Shown: positions 63,569 through 64,000 of the stretch, piece by piece
Layout: each line of letters opens with the position of its first letter
How positions within the stretch are numbered: the stretch's first letter is position 1
Assembly: GCA_963764725.1 (NCBI GenBank)
Contig: CAVXTM010000001.1
Location: forward strand, 352,001-416,000
DNA: 64,000 nt
Direction of reading: 5' to 3'
DNA from: an uncultured Gammaproteobacteria bacterium
Lineage (GTDB): Bacteria; Pseudomonadota; Gammaproteobacteria; JACCXJ01
Program-made: the position numbers and the translations under genes
Notes under the pieces: generated by a model
Told to the model about the DNA's origin: nothing
The model's database searches: none
What the model saw: only the letters and a program-made list of their open reading frames with translations

Positions 63569-64000
63569 GGCCGGCCCCTGGCCGCCAGCGAGACGTCGGT
63601 GTTCCAGCGGCGGAGCGATGCTCGCTGGTCGTCCCAACAATCGTGTTCCACGGGGATCGGGATACAAAGGTACACCCCCGCAACGGCGACCAAGTGATCG
63701 CACAATGGACGACGATCCATGCCCGTGATGGGGCGCACAACAAGACAAGGGTGGATCCGCAGATAACCGTCCAGCGGGGTCAAGTGCCTGATGGCCATGC
63801 CTACACCCGCGCCATCTACCACGACGCGAGCGGGCAAGCCATCCTAGAGCAGTGGTGGGTCCACGGGGCCGGGCACGCGTGGTCGGGTGGGAGTTCCAGT
63901 GGCTCGTATACCGATCCTAAAGGGCCCGATGCGGCTAAGGAGATGATCCGCTTTTTTTATGAACACCCGCGCCGCGAGGCGCCAGAGCGAGCTTGCGCTG

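Larger units (their letters stand above)
62642..64000 (+). pseudogene. PHB depolymerase-family (LpqC-like) esterase, disrupted; runs off the window
   Basis: MLHGCTQ, CWNWF, GLSAGG, FHGDRD, GHAWSGG spread over three segments separated by duplications. Confidence 0.85.

Overview
Origin-proximal chromosomal window of a proteobacterium (gamma-like gene order). Core blocks: udgB-type UDG, hsp20, coq7, rplM-rpsI-tRNA-Gln(CTG), rpe-gph-trpE, cysG, mnmE-yidC-yidD-rnpA-rpmH / dnaA-dnaN-gyrB (no recF; a parS-like site sits in its place), comF and bioB-bioF-(deleted bioH)-bioC-bioD. Signalling: two two-component pairs, a receiver/Ser-Thr kinase hybrid and a pilGHIJ-chpA operon. Accessory or decaying material: (1) a GC-rich 10-gene Mrp/Mnh antiporter operon beside a degraded nhaD; (2) a stress-protein cluster with three sigma54-type promoters, each with paired GTAA-N3-TTAC sites; (3) GH15-otsA followed by glgE/treS relics; (4) an integrase-less integron remnant (attI-like site, DUF167 cassette, textbook attC, truncated MAPEG cassette) and a serpin fragment downstream of mnmE; (5) an S8 protease with a frameshifted P-domain, an IS1182-like scar and a CopG/PHB-esterase operon broken by three tandem duplications. 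Best leads for undescribed biology are a candidate ~65-nt sRNA divergent from an OmpR-family TCS and the sigma54 enhancer regulon. All family calls come from motif recognition by eye; no searches were run.
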